A stretch of 63,867 nt of DNA, counting the filler, from Octopus bimaculoides (lineage: Eukaryota): the NCBI RefSeq assembly GCF_001194135.2. It is 9 parts of 8 records of this genome, joined end to end, with 100 filler letters (N's around TTAATTAATTAA, not from the genome) between each part and the next. Parts side by side here need not be neighbours in the genome. Positions count along the whole stretch, not along the records: positions 39,823 to 57,728 come from NC_068987.1; 8 more parts are not named here. One strand, written 5' to 3'. The position numbers were made by a program, and so were the translations under genes. The notes beneath the pieces are model-generated. The model was not told the origin of the DNA, did no database searches, and saw only the letters and a list, made by a program, of their open reading frames with translations. Shown here piece after piece: positions 39,978-53,521 of this stretch (within the stretch, counting starts at the first letter, position 1; each line of letters begins with the position of its first letter).

Positions 39978-42429
39978 TTTGGCTGCATGCAAATGAGTTC
40001 ATTGCCGGAACTTTTGCGGGGCAAAAATCTCGCTGCCTGGGCACTTAAAGCTTCATTTCCATTAACAGAACGAATATTTCTTGTTGCTTTCATTGCTGAA
40101 AAGCCCCTTTTGAATAAACACAGTATGCAGTGTCTGATATATCCATTTTAGAATGGTTAAAATTAATAAGAATGTAACCACTGTGGCATAAAGTATTTAC
40201 CAAAGACAGACAAATATATCAGAATGTAAAAATTAATGCTCATTTTACCGTAAGTATTGAAAGAGGAACCTCAAAGTGATCGTGTGAAAAGTACAAGAAA
40301 AATTCTGTTCCAACCTAATACATTTATTTGAAAATCTTGAACGAGTGACTGTGTGGTAAGTATCATAGCTTGCTTACCAACCACATGGTTCTGGGTTCAG
40401 TGCTACTGTGTGGCACCTTGGGCAAGTGTCTTCTACTATAGCCTCGGGCCGACCAAAGATTTGTGAGTGGATCTGGTAGACGGAAACTGAAAGAAGCCCG
40501 TCGTGTATATATATTTGTTCGACTAAAATGTTGTGCTCCAGCATGGCCGCAGTCATATGACTGAAACAAATAAAAGAATAAAAGAATATATATCTTTTGT
40601 ATTTTATATTTCATTTCTTGCAGTCATTAGATCATTAGATTGTGGCCATGCTGGGGCACTACCTTGAAGAATTTTAGTCAAATGAATCGCCCCCAGTACT
40701 TTTTTTCTTTTTTGCTTTTTACTTTTTTTTTTTGCCTGGTACTTATTCCATCGATCACTTTTGTCGAACAGTTAAGTTATGGGGACAGAAACACCCCTAA
40801 CACCAGTTGTCAAGCAGTGGTAGGGGACAAACACAAATACACACACACACATACACCATACCATACACACACGCACACGCACACACACACACACGCATAC
40901 TTATACATATGTAACGTTTAGTTCTTGGGAAGGCTGCAATTCTCTTGTTCGGGTTCACCAATTGTAACGGTTAGGTTTTAATTAGTGTAATTAATAATTG
41001 TAACGGGTTAGATTGATTAGGTACACAATATTATGAAATGTCGGAGTCAGCGGTTGTAACGATAAGAATTTGTCGTTATAACAGCAAGTTGTAGGATGTG
41101 GAAAATGTACAATGCATGAAGTTTTAAGGAAATATTTATTTACCGTTACGTTACAATACCTTGCCTCGACGGGCAGGTTATAACATCCGAGAGCATGCGA
41201 AGTAAAGTTTGTGTGTGTGTTCTCTTCATTGTTTAGTAGTAATTACAGAAAGAGAGAGAGATAGAATGATGTTGTAAGAGAACAGAATTAGAGCTAGTGA
41301 GAGTTGTAGGGTTGTGGGACGTTGTCTCACAGTTGCTAACAATAAACTTCATTTCTCCCTCTGACCAAGGTTCTAACTGGTCAGCCAGACTTCGTTCTGA
41401 CTGAGTTGACTCCGAAGTGACTAACTGTCTTTTGCTTGCGGGTCCTTGTTTTTATCACTATCCAGAAGGATGGACATATCGTTGAGAAAAGGGTCAAGTG
41501 GTGAAGACATTATTTGGGCCCAGCTAAAGGCAATCTGGGAAATGTTAAACTGTTGTCATAAAAAAAAAACCATTGTTCCACCATAGAAAAAGTTCTTTTC
41601 AACTGTTAATTTAAATTTGGCTATGGTGGATCGAATCCACATCATGCTTGCAAGATTCACTACATTAGTAGTAGGGGACAAACACAAATACACACACGCA
41701 CGCGCACTTATACATATATACATACATACGTATATAAATATACATATATACATGCGTATATATATGGGGGTGTGTGTGTGTGTGTGTGTGTATGTATAAA
41801 CCTGGAACCATGTGGTTGGGAAGCAAGCTTGTTACCACAAAACCACAACTGCACCTATATTGTTCTCTCAACATAACAAATAAAACTGAAACCTACACCT
41901 GACCCTACCGTCACCTTGCTCTAGGTGAACATTACATTGTACAAAACTAAAACTATTTCCAAAATATCGATGACAGATGGTAACAAAGATTGTTTTTTAA
42001 AACTCCGCGCCAAAACAATAAATACAAAAACAGTAAAAAAAAATCCAGGTAAACAAAACATATGTTGCCTTATGTTATAAGTCGTCTTTTGTAAGGTTTC
42101 TATTCAACAAAAGTATATTTTTTATTTGTTATAACTATTCAAGCGTGTTTTATTCCGTTCTCATCTTAAACCTATACAAAATAATTGATTAGAAAAACTC
42201 ATGGGGTTTTGGGTTCAATCTCACAGCTCGACATCTTATGTGGCAAGTGTCTTTTACTGTAGTTTTGGGCCGACCAAATGAATTTGGAAAACAGAAACTG
42301 TGAAAGCCGGTCGTACTCCAGCGCTGCCGTGAGCGATACATCATTTGCATGATGTGAAGAATATACCACCAGGATTACCCAAACGATCTCAACATTAGCT
42401 TCAAAATTCATCCAAGGCTAGGACCACAA

Positions 42430-42750
42430 CACATAAATACACTGCAACACAATTTCTTTTCCTCAACAGGTCCTGCCCTATTTAACATTGTTCTGAAACA
42501 GATCAAAGAGGAAAAGGATCCCATCACCTTCAAACGGAATCTGGACAAATTTCTTCAAGGAATACCAGATAAGCCACTTATACCTGGATACAACTCGCTC
42601 GACAATAACTCCCTACTCGAATGGACCGTGATACCACAAAACTTGACTTAAAAAGGATTTAGCTAATCCTATCAGGTGATGCTATTAAGTTAGACATGGC
42701 CTGGACCAATCTTTGGTCGAAACATATCTAAGTTATCTAAGCTATATCTG
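42430..42750 (+). mobile_element. CR1-clade LINE 3' end
   Basis: TGPALFNIVLKQIKEEKDPITFKRNLDKFLQGIPDKPLIPGYNSLDNNSLLEW followed by a short repeated tail (atctaag). Confidence 0.75.
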
Positions 42751-43181
42751 TTGATAAGGATTTTGAAAATCCATGACCCAAGATACAATTTCAGCATCAT
42801 ACCTATTATTATTATTATTGGAGCAGTGGGATATGTACCGACCCGTCTGGAGCAAAGTCTGAGAGAACTTCGGTTCTTGGAGAGAAAATCCAATTCCCCA
42901 ATTCATACCCTACAAACGATCGCGACATCTGGATCGATAAAAAATCTGCAAGAGTTTCTTAAGATTTAAAGCATGGTGAACAAAACGAGATGCTTTCCTT
43001 CACAACCTTGCTACCAAGCAGGTGACTGGTCAGAATTAACTCTAAACTAAAAAGAAAATAAGATAATATTCGCACGTTCCTACATGTATACACGCTCGCA
43101 CAAGCATGCAGTCAACGACAGACGTGCAGGCGTAGAAGACCGTTTAAAATTTCTTTTCGGACGTTTTCTAATTATGCCAGT

Positions 43182-43567
43182 GGAGGCGCAATGGCCCAGT
43201 GGTTAGGGCAGCAGACTCGCGGTCATAGGATTGCTGTTTCGATTCCCAGACCGGACGTTGTGAGTGTTTATTGAGTGAAAACACCTAAAGCTCCACGAGG
43301 CTCCAGCAGGGGATGGTGGCGAACCCTGCTGTACTCTTTCACAACTTTCTCTCACTCTTACTTCCTGTTTCTCTTGTGCCAGTAATTCAAAGGGTCAGCC
43401 TTGTCACACTGTGTCACGCTGAATATCCCCGAGAACTACGTTAAGGGTACACGTGTCTGTGGAGTGCTCAGCCACTTGCACGTTAATTTCACGAGTAGGC
43501 TGTTCCGTTCATTGGATCAACTGGAAACCTTGACGTCGTAAGCGACGGAGAGCTAACAACAACAACA
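43182..43567 (+). mobile_element. tRNA-derived SINE, family C (full length, (AAC)n tail)
   Basis: ggaggcgcaatggcccagtggttagg A box, tttcgattccc B box; 3' part also at 12364-12585(+) and 62520-62777(-). Confidence 0.85.
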
Positions 43568-43629
43568 GTTATGCCAAATCCTCCAGCCTAAATCAAAGGT
43601 TTCTTTCTCCAATGTGGACTTTAAATTTA

Positions 43630-44216
43630 CTGTAATCCCTCGACTATCACGGGTGTTACGTTCCAAAAACCCCTGTGATAGGTGAAAATCCGCGAAGTAG
43701 AAACAGTACTGTATAGTTTTTTAATTATTTTTATAATTTGTATTTTTTTATTTTATTATAAATACAAAACGACACCACGGAGGAATCGACGTAAGCTTAA
43801 ACAAGAGCACTCAGAGAGCGCAAACCTCCGGCAAGGCAACACCAACGTCCTCTCAATGATTAACCAGAGATGATTTTTAGAATGAGAATATCTTGAAATA
43901 GATGCGACTACTCTCATAAACGAGAATACTAAAAATGAACCCGACCGCTCTCAAAGGTTAAGTTAAAAGACCAGAAAACTTGTTCGGTACCGGATTGATC
44001 CCAAAATACAATCAGTTCGTGTCAGTCACGAGGCCAAACATCTCTGAAAGTTTCATCCGAATCCATCCGGCAGTTCTTGAGATATCTTGTCCACGGACAA
44101 ACAAACAAATGAACACGACTGGAAACAATAACCCCGCCTTCGCTAGGACGGAGATAATAATAAACCGCGATAGGTGAACCGCGGTAGGTGAACCGCGATA
44201 TGGCAAGGAATTACTG
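43630..44216. mobile_element. pogo/Tigger-like MITE carrying a nested Helentron-like insert
   Basis: TA-C(T)GTAATCCCTCG ... GCAAGGAATTACTG-TA termini; homologous to 50019-50225. Confidence 0.8.
43802..44157 (+). mobile_element. Helentron-like non-autonomous element (HINE-type)
   Basis: Starts (AA)CAAGAGCACTCAGAGAGCGCAAACCTCC, ends with a decayed hairpin then GGAGATAA; absent at the homologous empty site (about 50205) with no TSD beyond a shared AA. Confidence 0.7.
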
Positions 44217-44462
44217 TATATCTTACATCAAGCGAAATTTCACTAGCACGATCATAGCTGAAATTAACAACAGCGACGGAAACAGCCTACCTGCCGACTA
44301 ACTCGCACGTTACAAATCCAATTTGTAAGTGGAACAGTAGAAATATTCAAGACTTTCTCAAGTTTAAAATGTGACTTTGCTCTTGCTATCTGCGTTCCAA
44401 AGCTGGAGCTTTGTATCTTTGTTCGAAACCAGCTCCTACCTCAAAGGAAATGTCTGAATAAT

Positions 44463-44672
44463 TACTCTTTTACTCTTATAATTGTTTCAGTCATTTGACT
44501 GTGGCCATGCTGGAGCACCGCCTTTAGTCGAGCAAATCGACCCAAGGACTTATTCTTCGTAAGCCTAGTACTTATTCTATCGGTCTCTTTTTGCCGAACC
44601 GCTGATTTACGTAAACACACCAGCATCGGTTGTCAAGCGATGTTGGGGGGACAAACACAGACACACAAACAT

Positions 44673-44729
<57 letters not shown>

Positions 44730-44935
44730 NNNNNNNNNNNNNNTCCGATCTCACACACATGTATATATACATATATACGACGGGCTTCTTTCAGTTTCCG
44801 TCTACAAAATCCACTCACAAGGCTTTGATCTGCCCGAGGCTATAATAGAAGACACTTGTCCAAGGTGTCACGCAACGGGACTGAACCCAGAACCATGTGG
44901 TTCGTAAACAAACTACTTACCACACAGCCACTCCT
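44463..44935 (-). mobile_element. SINE family B, near full length
   Basis: Reverse complement of the 61769-62163 type, with an internal CA/TA microsatellite. Confidence 0.85.
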
Positions 44936-46734
44936 TCGCCGATTAGGAACAAAAGAAAACTATACGTTCATTCATATATATATATGCTTTGTGGCGTTTC
45001 GAGACATAAAATTCAGTTGGATTTGAATACAGAATGAGTGAGTGTCGAAAGAGGATATATTAATGGCTGTGTGTCCATTAGTTGTTTCCTCTTCAACACA
45101 CACAGACTCTCTCTCTCTCTCTCTCTCTTATTATATACACGTATGCGTGTGTATATGAATGGGTGTGTGTGTCTTCTTTCACTGATTTCAATCAGTTAAA
45201 TGAGTCTCTGTTGTGGGACGCCTTCAAGTGTTTAAAATCGATAATTTCGCACTTATGGACTCAAGTCCATATTTAATTGATCGATGTTTTTTTTTTTATC
45301 AAATCAATATGTAAGGAACATAATGGGAGACCACGTGAACACAAACACTGGTTTAATGTGTGTGTGNNNNNNNNNNGTGCGTATGTGTGTGTGTGTGTGT
45401 GTGTGTATGTGTGTGTGTGTGGTGTATACACGCACACATCGATCCTCGATAGCCAAATTTCATTTAACAGTTCAACAACACTTTTCTCATGGTAAAACAA
45501 TAATTTTTTCTGAGTAACAGCAGTTACATTTGCCAGATGCCTTCGCTAAACAGAATAATGTCTTTGCCACTTGACCCTTCTTACCTCTTCCAGGCCACCA
45601 AAAGATAACAGACCGCCAACGAAATCCATTGTTCTCAACGATATGTCTCTCCTTCTGACTAGTTTTGGATAGTTATAAAAACAAGAACTCTGTAAGCCAA
45701 AGTAAGCTGACCGACTGAACAAAACGCCGTCTCTTAAGGAAAATGTGCAAAGGGACAACTATGGTAACTCACCAACGAAGCAGTTGTTTTGTCCCACCAT
45801 TCTCACTTTCACTAACTCACTTTCTTTTCCCTGTAACATTACCATATCTCTCTATATATCTACTACTATGTGATCATGTACACACATATACAGGCCGAAA
45901 TTAACTTTCATTACCTTGCATGCTTTACGAACTGTGTTATACTATTACACTAACCTACCCGTCGTGGTATGGCATATATTAAAGTAACGGTAAATAAATA
46001 TTTCTTTACAACTTCGATCACTGTTCTTCTTTCACATCTTACAACATGCCGTTGCAATAAACCTTTGCCGTTACAGATCTAGTAATTTACTTGGGTGAAA
46101 TAAACATCTGATGCGTTACTCAAAGGTATTGAAAGCTCTTCTAAATTTATTTCAATGTCAGAAACCCTTCCGTATCGTCTGCACATATCTCAGGATCAAA
46201 AGCGGTTCGCCCCTTGGCTTGTATGCTTCCCCTGAGTTGGACAACGAAGACTGAAATGGACTTCGCTTGTGGAAGGGTTTAACCTAGAGTCTCTCGTCAG
46301 CCACAGCCACCGCGAGCTGGCTTTAGCTGCCACGCCTATCTTCTTGGTGGTTTTATTCAGTTGTCTGGGTTCCAGACAAGTCATAAACTGGAAATAGTGC
46401 AAGACCCATCCGAATGCGGTGGCAGCCAACTTCAACAATGAATGAGACTGCATGCCATTTCTTGACAAAGACCTCGTCACCCAAGTTCTGATATTTGATT
46501 TTCTTAAGCAGATGAGAAATGTCTGTCCTCTTATGACGCAATAGGTTCAACCACGATGATTGATTTCGCATTCCTGGAAAGCAGGAACGAGTCTGATCGA
46601 AGTGATGTTACCGTTAGCTCCTCCAAGAAGACGAGTCTGCACTTCAGGTCCACTTCCATCTCTCAGTCCGAGCCTGGATGCAAAGTAGAAAACGGGTCCC
46701 CCAAAAATAATATTAAAGGAACAGCCAAACGAAG

Positions 46735-47065
46735 TACTGCTTGGCACTTTGGCCCAGTGTCTTCTACCATAGCCTCAGGCCGACCAAAGCCTTGTGTGTG
46801 GATTAGGTAGACGGAAACTGAAAGAAGCCCGTCGTGTGTGTGTGTCTGTGTGTGTGTCTGTGTCTGTGTCTGTGTTTGTCCCACCACCACTACCATCGCT
46901 TGACAACCGATGCTGGTGTGTTTACGTCCCCGAAACTTAGCGGTTCGGCAAAAGTGACCGATAGAATGAGACATACAAAGAATAAGTCCTGGGCTCGATT
47001 TGTTCGACTAAAGGTGGTGCTCCAGCATGGCCGGAGTCAAATGACTGAAACAAATAAAAGAATTT
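46735..47065 (+). mobile_element. SINE family B, 5'-truncated
   Basis: ggcacttt...gtcttctaccatagcctcaggccgaccaaagccttgtg ... gactgaaacaaataaaag. Confidence 0.8.
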
Positions 47066-47229
47066 CTACATAAATTTTTAATAAATTTTCAATCCGTCCA
47101 AACGTGATTGCATCTATCTTTCACCCTTTTCTTTGTCTTTGCCTATCTTTTCTCTCCCCCAGCCCCACATCATACGTCCTTCTAAACTAACACTACCAGG
47201 TATTTTCCTGTATCCCAGCCTTTGAGGCC

Positions 47230-47660
47230 CCAAAAGAAAAGATTATTAAGTGCTATCAGCCGCACCTGTTCAAGATGTAACGAAACAGTTCCGCATGCAT
47301 TCATCCTGCACCCGTACATTACTCACTTGTGGAGTTATGTCGAAAGAGGTGTTCTCATATGTAGAACGGATTTAATAAAGTTTATTTCTCCTTTTTCGAA
47401 ATCAGTGACGGTTGGTCGCTGGAAAAAGCATACGCATTTTACGAGTGGGGTCAGTTTTCGTCACTAGCTGGTGATTAACACACGCTGAGGACGGGTAACC
47501 ACCCAGAAACTTGAACCCGTGTGTATCACGTAAGGCTAAGGATGGGAGCGATGACCTCCCCTCGCAAATACTAATCGGACACAGAATGTGTGTCGTTAGC
47601 CAGCTGGAAGAGATGCCTTCCTAGGGTTATAAACACCAGTAGCACTGTGCCGTATAGGAC
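47230..47660 (+). mobile_element. L1/Tx1-like LINE C-terminal relic
   Basis: TCSRCNETVPHAFILHPYITHLWSYVE resembles the C-terminal CCHC region (CxxC...ET..H) of L1/Tx1 ORF2. Confidence 0.5.
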
Positions 47661-48106
47661 GCCACATTTAGTTGGGAATAATATATTACGATATATATAT
47701 ATATATNNNNNNNNNNNNNNNNNNNNNNNNNNNNNNNNNNNNNNNNNNNNNNNNNNNNNNNNNNNNNNNNNNNNNNNNNNNNNNNNNNNNNNNNNNNNNN
47801 NNNNNNNNNNNNNNNNNNNNNNNNNNNNNNNNNNNNNNNNNNNNNNNNNNNNNNNNNNNNNNNNNNNNNNNNNNNNNNNNNNNNNNNNNNNNNNNNNNNN
47901 NNNNNNNNNNNNNNNNNNNNNNNNNNNNNNNNNNNNNNNNNNNNNNNNNNNNNNNNNNNNNNNNNNNNNNNNNNNNNNNNNNNNNNNNNNNNNNNNNNNN
48001 NNNNNNNNNNNNNNNNNNNNNNNNNNNNNNNNNNNNNNNNNNNNNNNNNNNNNNNNNNNNNNNNNCATATATATGTGTGTGTGTGTGTGTGTGTATGTAT
48101 ATATTA

Positions 48107-48141
<35 letters not shown>

Positions 48142-48726
48142 GTATGTACGTGTGTATGTATGTATGTAATATATGTATGTATGTATGTGTATGTATGTAT
48201 GCATGTATGTATGTGTGTATGTATGTATGTGTGTATATATGTATGTATGCGTGAGTGTATATACGTACGTATCAATAAAATGTGTAAACGTCTGCTTAAT
48301 CGTGCCTTTGTCGTTTCGCCGTCATTTTACGACGGACGGTACGTCACAGGGTGCGCGTGCGCTCGTCGTGCGATATTTTATTTCGATTGTACGTGCTTGC
48401 TGGTCGGTGAGCTGGTATGGCAGCCCGGGTAACTAGCTGGGCTCGGTGCTACTTGGGTAATAAAGTGATGTAGTGCGCTTGTGGGTGGGAGGAGAGGAAG
48501 GACAGTTAGAGTCGATAACATCGGGACACGGGACAACTCTTATTTCTCATGGCTGCTGCGCCGTTCGCCCTCTTTTCGTATAATTCGACAGCTGATCTCT
48601 GTTTATGGATCATATATATAGTGGAGAAACGTGTGTGTGTGACTGCCGTTGTGCTGGTTATTGTGTGTTTGTGTGTATGTGTGTGTGTGTGTGCGTGTGT
48701 GTGTATGTTTATATATGATTTCTAGA

Positions 48727-48805
48727 GTTAGGGTTAGTTTTAGGGTTAGGGTTAGGGTTACGGTTACGGTTAACAGTCTAGTTAGGGTTAGGGTTAGGGT
48801 TAGGG
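48727..48805 (+). repeat. Interstitial telomere-like (TTAGGG)n / (TTACGG) array
   Basis: Direct reading; split by aacagtctag; followed by repeat-like sequence ending ggtgccccgttttaaaatagatcc at 49040. Confidence 0.9.
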
Positions 48806-49454
48806 ATTAATACGATATACACCGTTACAGCGCTAACTGTTTTCAACTGAATAGATGTCAGTGATTAGTAGAAATTATCGAAATAAGACAATTTTTAACA
48901 TGAAATAAATTCCAATACAAAAATTTTTTTATGTTCTATAACACAAAATAGATAAGTATACGAAGTTTGAAAGTCTTTCGGTACCAAAAACACTACATAA
49001 AACATAAATGAAAACTGGTGCCCCGTTTTAAAATAGATCCTTTCTCTGTCTACGCCTTGTACATGTGAATGTTTGAATATGTGCAGATATGTGTACGAAC
49101 ATATAAATATATAGGTGTCTGAACATATGTGTGTGTGTGTGTGTGTGTGTGAGTGTGTATAAATATATATGCATATATATATTTATATATAAATGTATGT
49201 ATATATTTATATATATAAATGTATGTATATGTTTATATATATAAATGTATGTATAAAAATGTGGCTATATATATATATATATATGCATGTATAAAAACGT
49301 GGCTATATATGCATATTTATATATATATACACTTATATATGTATACTACATATATATTTATATATATAATGTACATGTTTATATATATGCATATATAAAT
49401 ATATGTATATTGATATTTACATCTATGTATATATATATATGTGTGTGCGTGTGT

Positions 49455-49513
<59 letters not shown>

Positions 49514-49550
49514 TATAAACATACATTTACATACATACATACATACATAC

Positions 49551-49581
<31 letters not shown>

Positions 49582-50018
49582 CATACATACATACATGTCT
49601 ATTCCCTTAAGAAAAGGCAACGCCTATGACCCCTTTGGGGGCTTCGGAGAGACTGATGATGGCAGATAGGGAGGTAGTTGTTCCCAGACCAGTGACTGGA
49701 CTCCGTTAAAAGCACCTCAGAGGCAGCTGGTGTTATTAAACTGGCCAACGGATGGTTTGTGTGTGTATGTATATTTAAATATATGTATATACGTATGTAC
49801 GTACGTATGCTTGTGTATGTCTGTCTATATGTATGTATGCATGTTTGTATATATTTATCTATCTGTCTGTTTATGATAATTTGTAATAAAGATACGTGAC
49901 TGTATATAAAATTTCTCTTTGCGTGATTTTTTCGTTTCTTTTAAACACAAATACATCTGCGTTTAATTAAATTTTATACAATATATGTATCTGTAATAAC
50001 TACACATATATATATACA

Positions 50019-50225
50019 CAGTAATCTCACGACTATCGCGGGTGCTACGTTCTAAACACCCCACACACACCGCGATAGGTGAAAATCCGCGAAGTAGAAA
50101 CAGTGCTGAACTGTATATTTCTTTATTAGTATTTTTATAATGTGTATATATTTAGTTCATTATGAATGCAAAACAACGCGACAGAGGAATCGACGTAAGC
50201 TTAAATAATAAACGCGGGATTACTA
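50019..50225. mobile_element. pogo/Tigger-like MITE, shorter copy without the nested insert
   Basis: CAGTAATCTCACGACTATCGCGGG ... CGCGGGATTACT; shares gataggtgaaaatccgcgaagtagaaacagt with 43630-44216. Confidence 0.75.
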
Positions 50226-50325
50226 TACTATACTATACATATATATGAAATATATGAAAACAATTGTCTTATATATATATAGATGGATGTATGGATGTAT
50301 ATATATATATGTATATACATCACAG

Positions 50326-50400
<75 letters not shown>

Positions 50401-50827
50401 TTGTATATATCATATATAAATGTATATATACACGCATATATATATACATGTCCCTTTCGTGTATCACCTAGCTGTCTGGGTGTTTTGCGTCCTTGTCCCA
50501 TTTTGTATTATTTATACATACATATATATATATATGTATANNNNNNNNNNNNNNNNNNNNNNNNNNNNNNNNNNNNNNNNNNNNNNNNNNNNNNNNNNNN
50601 NNNNNNNNNNNNNNNNNNNNNNNNNNNNNNNNNNNNNNNNNNNNNNNNNNNNNNNNNNNNNNNNNNNNNNNNNNNNNNNNNNNNNNNNNNNNNNNNNNNN
50701 NNNNNNNNNNNNNNNNNNNNNNNNNNNNNNNNNNNNNNNNNNNNNNNNNNNNNNNNNNNNNNNNNNNNNNNNNNNNNNNNNNNNNNNNNNNNNNNNNNNN
50801 NNNNNNNNNNNNNNNNNNNNNNNTATG

Positions 50828-50904
<77 letters not shown>

Positions 50905-51540
50905 TTGTCTGTTTGTTCCCTCACCATCGCTTTTCAACAGATGTTGGTGTGTTTACGTCCCCAAATTCTAGAGGTTCGGCAAAAGAGCCGATAGAATAAG
51001 TACTAGGCTTACAAAGAATAAGTCCTGGTGGTCGGGGGGGCGGAGATCTGTTTGACTAAAGTCGATGCTTCAGCATGGCCGCAGTCAAATGACTGAAACA
51101 ACTTAAAGAATGAAAGAGTATTGGTCGAGTCCATTCTCTTGTGTACTCACAGGCGACAGTCTGGGAGTACACAGTTTTCCAGCAAGTAATTCACCCGAAG
51201 AATCTGAATATACAAGCGCTAACCCTTTCGTTACCAACCCGGCTAAAACCGCTTCTGGCCCTGTAGTACAAATGTCTTGTTTTCATAAGTTTTGAATTAA
51301 AATCTTCCACCAAACCTTAGTCACAATTTATGTTCCTAACACTAGATTAATGATAATGAAGTTTTTTACTAAATTCTTTGTTATATTTAGAATTAATTCA
51401 AAGAAACACAGAGCATCTCGAAATAAATACAGTTACGAAAGAATAGCAAAGTGACGGTGACATAAATATCATTGAACTCTACTATGTTGTTCAGTACTCT
51501 GTCCTCTAACAAACAACACTTCACGTCTACATAAATGTGT

Positions 51541-51572
<32 letters not shown>

Positions 51573-51950
51573 TTGTGTGTGTGTAGGTAGGTGTCTAGGT
51601 GTGTGTGTGTATGTAATGATGCATAAATAAATGTGTGTTGTTTGTGTATAAATATTGTCAATGTATTATTTTTTATTACTTAAGTATGTATAAGTATGCA
51701 TAANNNNNNNNNNAAATAAAAACACAACAAACAGAAAATATGACATATATGCATATATATATATATATATATATATACTTGTGTGTGTATATGTGTGTGT
51801 ATATGTGTGTATATGTATATATATGCATACATGTATATGTATATACATACGTATGCATATACATACACATACATATACATGCATGCATACATATAAACAT
51901 ACATATGCATACATATATATATGCATACACATACATATACATATACATGC

Positions 51951-52009
<59 letters not shown>

Positions 52010-52205
52010 TATACATCAACGCTTCTAAAGCCAACTTCATTTACTTTCATCGTAAGTTGAATATGTATCTATCTATATAGCTATATATATGTATATATAC
52101 GCACATACATGTATGTATGTATGTATAAGGATAATAGAGACGTTAAGGACATCTCGGTAAGTGTATACACTAGACACATGCATATATATTCAATATATAC
52201 ACGTA

Positions 52206-52239
<34 letters not shown>

Positions 52240-53009
52240 CATACATACATATTCGGACTTGTTATATAATAATTGGGAAGGTTCATCCAAAACTTTTTTT
52301 ATGATTCTATACATTTATTTTTACAATGGAAACGTTGACAGTAACTTCGAAGGCAAAGGCTCGCCCACCGCCTTCATATGTGTATGAGTAGTTTTGCCTT
52401 CCTTTTAGTTTTTGTTTTTGTTTTTTTTTTTAAACTGCCCCTTGTCCTGTCTTTTTAAAACACGGAAAATTTTCCTTGTTTAAACAATACCTCTCACCAC
52501 CACCACCACCACCATTACTACAACTACGATAGTACTACTACTACTACTACTACCTCCCAATCCTATTTCCTTTGCCCATTACTTACTCCCTTACCCACCG
52601 TCAGTAATAACTGTTACTCCCACTACCACTCAACGTCTCCTACCCCTTCGTTCTTTCCTTCCTACCCCATCAGTTGTCGTTCTCCCACTACACTTACTAC
52701 TCATACTACTACTCTTTCACCATCATCACCGCCAACAACTCCTAACACTTTTACCGTCCCCATACCACCCATTCCACTCTAATTCTCTCTGTCTCTCTCT
52801 TTCACCACCAATACCACCACCACCCGACCTCCTCACTTCTCTCTCTCGGACATTCCCACCACCACCACCACCACCTTCAAACTACTCACAACCTCTTTCT
52901 ATTTATCACCGACACTACCACCACCACCCATTTAATAAACACACACCCTACCACTATACCTCGCACACCACATCTCTCCGACCGTGCAACCCCACCAACT
53001 TCGCCTTAA

Positions 53010-53062
<53 letters not shown>

Positions 53063-53444
53063 CTTAATCTCTCTTCCCCTCTCACATACACTACCCACAT
53101 ATACAAACGCACGCCCGCAATACCATCCAACACCACCCTCATACCCCTCCTCCTTTCTTCTTCCTCTTCTTCCTATCCCCCTTCCTTCCACTTTCCATTC
53201 CCCCTCCTTTCCTCTTCTCATATCCCCCTCTTTCTCCTCTTTTCCCTTCTTCCTCCTTCTCCTCCTCCACCTTCGTCGGTCGGTCGGTCTGTTGGCTGGT
53301 TGGACGTTCGTGCGGTCGGTCGGTCGGTGGGGGTTTGTCGTTTGTCAAGACATTCCGTCGTTGTATATTCAACGGCACGCCAGCCGTCAGCCGGGCACGC
53401 GACAATCACCTTACCTCGCATCAGTCCCCTTTACAATGGGCACC

Positions 53445-53521
<77 letters not shown>

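Noticed and set aside
45594-45763. Acceptor-like ccttcttacctcttccag and donor-like ATG|GTAACT as a possible exon
   Set aside because: All frames stop early and equally good donors occur on the minus strand; not supportable without transcripts.
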